DNA of 64,000 bases from NCBI GenBank assembly GCA_041577295.1, contig JBFGJG010000004.1, forward strand, positions 1 to 64,000, written 5' to 3'. Below, in pieces: positions 59,545-64,000 of this stretch. The stretch's first letter is position 1. Every line of letters begins with the position of its first letter. A program made the position numbers and the translations under genes. This DNA comes from Gemmatimonadales bacterium. GTDB lineage: Bacteria > Gemmatimonadota > Gemmatimonadetes > Gemmatimonadales > GWC2-71-9. The notes under the pieces are model-generated. The model was not told the DNA's origin and searched no databases. It worked only from the letters and a program-made list of their open reading frames with translations.

Positions 59545-60774
59545 ATGACGAGTTCGGTGGGCACGCGAAGCGCGAAGAGCTATATGCACGAAGTCGACCG
59601 CTACGGCGCGCGGAACTACAAGCCGCTGCCGGTGGTGCTGGCACAGGGCGAGGGCGCCTGGGTGTGGGACGTCGAAGGCAATAAATACCTCGATTGTTTG
59701 GCTGCCTACTCGGCGGTCAACCAGGGGCATCGGCACCCCGCGATCGTTCGCGCCGCCAATGAGCAGCTCGATCGACTGACGCTCACGTCACGCGCGTTTA
59801 ACAACGATCAGATGGGACCCTTCCTGAAGCGACTGTGCGAGGTGACGGGATACGAGAAGACGTTGCCGATGAATACGGGGGCCGAGGCCGTGGAGACGGC
59901 GATCAAGGCGGTGCGTCGGTGGGCGTATCGCGTGAAGGGCGTACCGCGCGACAAGGCCGAGATCATCGTCTGCGAGAACAATTTTCACGGACGCACGACA
60001 ACCGTCATCTCCTTCTCGACCGACGCCGAGCACAATGCGGATTACGGCCCGCCAACACCGGGGTTCAAGATCATCCCGTACGGCGATGCGGAAGCTCTCC
60101 GTGCAGCGATCACACCGAATACTGCGGCGTTTCTGGTGGAGCCCATTCAGGGTGAAGGTGGCGTGATCATCCCACCCGAGGGCTACCTCGCCGCCGCGGC
60201 GAAGATCTGCAAACAGCACAACGTGCTGCTGGTCGCCGATGAGATCCAAACCGGGTTTGGTCGCACGGGAAAGTTGTTCTGCTGTGACTGGGAAGACGTT
60301 CGGCCGGATGTCGTCACGGTTGGCAAGGCGTTGAGTGGCGGTCTCTATCCCGTGTCGGCGATGCTATCCGATGCTGAGGTGATGGACGTGTTCGGGCCGG
60401 GCGATCATGGCTCGACCTACGGAGGCAATCCCCTAGGGGCCGCCGTAGCGCTGGCGGCGGTGAACGTGATCGTCGACGAACGGTTGCCGGAACGCGCGCA
60501 GGAGTTGGGGGGCTGGTTCCTAGGGGAACTGCGGAAGATCGACTCGCCGTTCGTCGCCGAGGTACGAGGGATGGGTCTCATGATCGGCATCGAGATCGCA
60601 CCGGAGCACGGGACCGCTTACCCGTACTGTCAGGCCCTCAAGGAGCGTGGCATCCTTGCCAAAGAGACCCACGAGCAGGTCATCCGCCTCGCACCGCCCC
60701 TAGTGATCGAAAAAGAAGATCTCGTGTGGGCGCTGGGGCATGTCCGAGAAGTGCTGAGCGATGGTAAAGGGTGA
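59545..60774 (+). CDS. rocD: Ornithine--oxo-acid aminotransferase
   Basis: YGARNYKPLPVV, YSAVNQGHRHP, LTLTSRAF, MNTGAEAVETAIK, EPIQGEGG, GKALSGG, HGSTYGGNPL, LAKETH; these match OAT rather than ArgD. Confidence 0.93.
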   Translation: MTSSVGTRSAKSYMHEVDRYGARNYKPLPVVLAQGEGAWVWDVEGNKYLDCLAAYSAVNQGHRHPAIVRAANEQLDRLTLTSRAFNNDQMGPFLKRLCEVTGYEKTLPMNTGAEAVETAIKAVRRWAYRVKGVPRDKAEIIVCENNFHGRTTTVISFSTDAEHNADYGPPTPGFKIIPYGDAEALRAAITPNTAAFLVEPIQGEGGVIIPPEGYLAAAAKICKQHNVLLVADEIQTGFGRTGKLFCCDWEDVRPDVVTVGKALSGGLYPVSAMLSDAEVMDVFGPGDHGSTYGGNPLGAAVALAAVNVIVDERLPERAQELGGWFLGELRKIDSPFVAEVRGMGLMIGIEIAPEHGTAYPYCQALKERGILAKETHEQVIRLAPPLVIEKEDLVWALGHVREVLSDGKG

Positions 60775-60827
60775 GCCGTAAGGGGTAAGGAGTGCGTGGA
60801 CTGGGCGTTGGGCGGCCTCCTCACTCC

Positions 60828-62174
60828 TCACACTCGGGACGTAAGGTGGCGCGGTGGCCTGTCTTTCAGGGTCGCGTTGAGGATCAGCGCCGTGAGCCCA
60901 CCCGTCACGAGCCCCGAGCCAAAGAGGGTGCGGATGGCGTCGGGTAGGTGCCGTAGTGCATCCGGCCTGAGTTCGACACCCAAGCCGAGGCCCAACGACA
61001 CCGCGAGAATCACCATGTTCCGCTGCGAGAGCTTGGTGCCGCGGTGAATGATCGCGGCACCGCTGGCGAAGATCATTGAGAACATGATCAGACCCCCGCC
61101 TCCAATCACGGCCGCAGGGATGGTGGCGAGCAACGCCCCCACCTTTGGAACGATACCGAGCATTAGCAACAGCACGCCTGCGATAGCCGTCACATGGCGG
61201 CTGACGACCCCCGTGAAGTTGACTAGCCCGACATTCTGAGAGTAGGAGGTGTTGGGGAAGGCATTGAAGACGGCTGCGAGCGCGCTCATTACCCCGTCGG
61301 CCACAAGTCCACCCCGCAGTTCACGCGTCTCGGGGTTTCGCCCCGTGGCTGCGATGATGCCGGAGATATCTCCCAGCGTCTCCATCGTGCTGACGACGTA
61401 GATGAATGCCATCAGCAGGATAGCATTCCAGTGAAACTCGATGCCGTAGGTGAGTGGTCGAGGAATGGAAAACCACCCGGCAGGTCCTAAACTCGCGAAG
61501 TCCACCTGGCCAACTAGCACGGCGACCGCGTAGCCTGCCACCACTCCAATGAGCATGCTGGCGTAGCTGACGAAGCCCACGGTCAAACGGTTCAGCAGGA
61601 GCGTGACCAAAAACACTACAGCGGCAATGCTCAGATTGGTCGGCGATCCGTAGTCCGCCGCGCCCACACCGCCGGCGGCATAGTCGACTCCCACAGGGAT
61701 CAGTGTGAGACCGATCAGCATGACGACGGTGCCGTTCACCAGGGGTGGGAAGAAGCGGCGGAAGCGCGCAATGGAGAGCCCCAGGACGACCTCCACGACC
61801 GCGGCGACGAGGCACGCACCGAAGACCGCGGCAAGACCGAACTGCTGGCCGATGGCGATGATGCCGCTCACGAACGCAATGCTCGTCCCCATGATCACCG
61901 GGATTCGGCCCCCGATTGGACCAATGGGATACGCCTGGACGATCGTCGCGAGCCCCGCCATGAAGAAGACCGTCTGGATCAGGAACGCGGACTCGGCGAC
62001 AGCCAATCCCAGCGCGCCGGCTATGAGCAGTGGTGGCGTGATGTTTCCCAGCAGCATGGCGAGGAGGTGCTGGACGGCGAGGGGAACCGACTCGCGGAGG
62101 GGCGGGCGGTCATCGATCCCGTAAACAACCGGCACGGACGCGGACGACTCGGGGTCGGTCATCCCCTCCGCCAT
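60828..62174 (-). CDS. NCS2-family nucleobase (xanthine/uracil) permease
   Basis: QHLLAM, ETLGD, signature TSYSQNVGLVNFTG; start 62174 or slightly upstream. Confidence 0.93.
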   Translation of the reverse strand: MAEGMTDPESSASVPVVYGIDDRPPLRESVPLAVQHLLAMLLGNITPPLLIAGALGLAVAESAFLIQTVFFMAGLATIVQAYPIGPIGGRIPVIMGTSIAFVSGIIAIGQQFGLAAVFGACLVAAVVEVVLGLSIARFRRFFPPLVNGTVVMLIGLTLIPVGVDYAAGGVGAADYGSPTNLSIAAVVFLVTLLLNRLTVGFVSYASMLIGVVAGYAVAVLVGQVDFASLGPAGWFSIPRPLTYGIEFHWNAILLMAFIYVVSTMETLGDISGIIAATGRNPETRELRGGLVADGVMSALAAVFNAFPNTSYSQNVGLVNFTGVVSRHVTAIAGVLLLMLGIVPKVGALLATIPAAVIGGGGLIMFSMIFASGAAIIHRGTKLSQRNMVILAVSLGLGLGVELRPDALRHLPDAIRTLFGSGLVTGGLTALILNATLKDRPPRHLTSRV

Positions 62175-62276
62175 GGCTTGATGGCCGCGAAGCGTAAGAC
62201 TATCGTTATCGCCTCTCGTCCTCTTCGCCAAAATCTACGGATCCCCACCTCGGTTGTTCGATAGGAGGCCAACGCA

Positions 62277-62753
62277 TTGAATACGACGGTTTCCATCAGT
62301 GTGACTGTAAACGGTGTGTTATATAAAAGTCCGGTCGAGCCGCGCTTGTTGCTCAGCGACTTCCTGCGCCATGACCTGGGCCTGTCGGGAACGCACGTGG
62401 GGTGTGAGCACGGTGTCTGCGGTGCCTGTACCGTCCTGCTGAACGGCGACGCCGTGCGATCCTGTCTACTGTTCGCCATCCAAGCACATGAGCAAGAGAT
62501 CCTGACGGTGGAGGGGTTGGGGAGCCCCGAGGCACTCCACCCGCTGCAGGACGCGTTTCGGGAAGCTCACGGGCTCCAGTGTGGTTTCTGCACCCCGGGT
62601 TTTCTCATGACGCTCCTGCCATTTCTCGAGGAGCATACGGATCCCTCGGAGTCCGATATCCGCGAAGCCATCTCCGGTAACCTGTGCCGCTGCACCGGTT
62701 ACCAGAACATCGTGGAGGCCGCTAAGATCGCAGGGCGGCGGATGCGTGGCTAG
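62277..62753 (+). CDS. (2Fe-2S)-binding small subunit of a xanthine dehydrogenase/CoxS-family enzyme
   Basis: GCEHGVCGACTV...SC, QCGFCTPG, GNLCRCTGY. Confidence 0.94.
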   Translation: MNTTVSISVTVNGVLYKSPVEPRLLLSDFLRHDLGLSGTHVGCEHGVCGACTVLLNGDAVRSCLLFAIQAHEQEILTVEGLGSPEALHPLQDAFREAHGLQCGFCTPGFLMTLLPFLEEHTDPSESDIREAISGNLCRCTGYQNIVEAAKIAGRRMRG

Positions 62754-64000
62754 GAGCTACTTTGGTGCTCGCGTGCGGCGCAACGAAGATGCGCGTCTGC
62801 TGACGGGTCGGGCGCTCTTCGTCGACGACGTGCATCTCGAAGGCATGTTGCACGTCGCGTTCTTACGCAGCGATCACGCCCACGCCCGACTCCAGGGTGT
62901 TGATGTGTCCCGCGCGCGTGTCAGGCCTGGCGTCGTGGCCGTGTACGCCGCACACGACCTCGGCGAGTTCTGGCAACCCGGGCCACTCCTTGTTCCACCG
63001 CCGCCGATCAAGGGGCATGTCTTTCATCAAGCGACGCAAGTTCCGCTCGCCAAAAACAAGGTCCGACATGTCGGCGAGCCCATCGCCATGGTGGTCGCGG
63101 AGAGTCGGTACCTGGCGGAGGACGCGCTCGTCGAGATCGAAGTGGAGCTCGAGCCACTCGACGCGGCCGTCGACCTCGAAACGGCATTGGCACCAGACGC
63201 GCCGCGCATTCACGAACACCTCGAGTCCAACCTCGCGGCGCATGTCGTACAGCAAAAGGGTGACTACCAGACGGCGCGCCGGGAAGCGGATCTGTTGATC
63301 GCCAGGCGATTCTGGTACGATCGCGGCGCCCCGGCCGCCCTCGAAACCCGCGGCGTCATCGCCAGCTGGGACCCCCGGGCCGAAGAGCTGACGCTGTGGG
63401 ACACCACCCAAGCACCGATCCCGATCCGTAACGGCCTCGCTCGGATGCTTGGCCTGCTCGAGTCACAGGTCCGTGTCATCGCGCCGTTCGTGGGTGGTGG
63501 CTTTGGGCCGAAGATCATGATGTTCTACCCAGAGGAGATGCTGCTACCCTGGGCCTCGATGCAGCTCGCGCGGCCGCTCAAATGGATTGAAGACCGTCAG
63601 GAGAGCTTTTTCGGAACCACCCAAGAGCGCGGACAGATCCACGACGCCGAGATCGCGATGCGGCGGGACGGTACCATCCTCGGCGTGTCCGATACCTTCC
63701 TGCACGACACTGGCGCGTACGACCCCTACGGTCTTACCGTTCCCATCAACAGCCAGTGCACGCTGCTCGGTCCGTACCGTGTCCCGCACTATTACAGCGA
63801 ATTCACGGCAGTCTTCACCAACAAAACCATCGTAACCCCAGTGCGTGGGGCCGGCCGCCAACACGGCGTCTTCGTGATGGAGCGCCTGCTCGATTTTGCT
63901 GCCCGCGAGCTCCAGCTCGATCGGGTCGAAGTACGCAAGCGCAACTACCTGAAACCGGACGAGTTTCCGCACGACCACGAGATCCTGTTCCAGGACTCCG
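62746..64000 (+). CDS. Molybdopterin-binding large subunit (xanthine dehydrogenase/CoxL-like), truncated by the window end
   Basis: Not in the ORF track. From GTG 62746: FGARVRRNEDARLLTG, RSDHAHA, VGGGFGPK, KWIEDRQE, and active-site loop TPVRGAGR. Confidence 0.92.
   Translation, partial: MARSYFGARVRRNEDARLLTGRALFVDDVHLEGMLHVAFLRSDHAHARLQGVDVSRARVRPGVVAVYAAHDLGEFWQPGPLLVPPPPIKGHVFHQATQVPLAKNKVRHVGEPIAMVVAESRYLAEDALVEIEVELEPLDAAVDLETALAPDAPRIHEHLESNLAAHVVQQKGDYQTARREADLLIARRFWYDRGAPAALETRGVIASWDPRAEELTLWDTTQAPIPIRNGLARMLGLLESQVRVIAPFVGGGFGPKIMMFYPEEMLLPWASMQLARPLKWIEDRQESFFGTTQERGQIHDAEIAMRRDGTILGVSDTFLHDTGAYDPYGLTVPINSQCTLLGPYRVPHYYSEFTAVFTNKTIVTPVRGAGRQHGVFVMERLLDFAARELQLDRVEVRKRNYLKPDEFPHDHEILFQDS

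Noticed and set aside
59545..60774. argD (acetylornithine aminotransferase) call from operon context
   Set aside because: The motifs NYxPLPVV, YSAVNQGH, LTLTSRAF and LAKETH fit ornithine aminotransferase better.
62746..64000. Aerobic CO dehydrogenase (coxL form I)
   Set aside because: The active-site loop is PVRGAGR and lacks the Cu-binding Cys of AYxCSFR.
1..64000. tRNA, rRNA, integrase, transposase, prophage or defence genes
   Set aside because: None recognised. Nearly all the sequence is accounted for by the CDSs above; small structured RNAs cannot be excluded without a covariance-model search.

Overview
A gene-dense, high-GC stretch of bacterial chromosome. The gene content (ADOP-type ABC permease with PadR, kinase-TPR protein, carboxypeptidase-regulatory/plug protein, DUF5916-type protein) suggests Gemmatimonadota; this is an inference, not proven. 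In order it holds: a partial apbE plus a complete nqrABCDEF Na+-NQR operon; a CBS protein; an ABC permease and PadR; a group of secreted or lipoprotein genes with CRP-like boxes; a tandem amidohydrolase pair; a ~17 kb block (pncB, ftsH, Lon-like protease, USP, then the operon cheR-like, Glu/Leu/Phe/Val dehydrogenase, APH-AAA kinase, archaeal-type SAM synthetase, aeRF1-like factor) whose families resemble the mycobacterial DosR dormancy regulon; a Ser/Thr kinase; a Ni/Co transporter; rsgA with a possible leader/attenuator; DinB; an EamA-ABM-CGNR zinc-finger locus with three TAAC-N20-GTTA boxes; DDAH and an amino-acid permease; LOG; a beta-CASP nuclease; an ECF sigma/anti-sigma unit; a large M48 protease; an ARG-box-controlled argR-argG-argH-rocD operon; an NCS2 permease; and the start of a xanthine-dehydrogenase-family operon. 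I saw no rRNA, tRNA, CRISPR array or transposase. The best leads are the cheR/SAM synthetase/hibernation-factor operon and the candidate CGNR operator motif. All calls come from motif recognition by eye, with no database searches.
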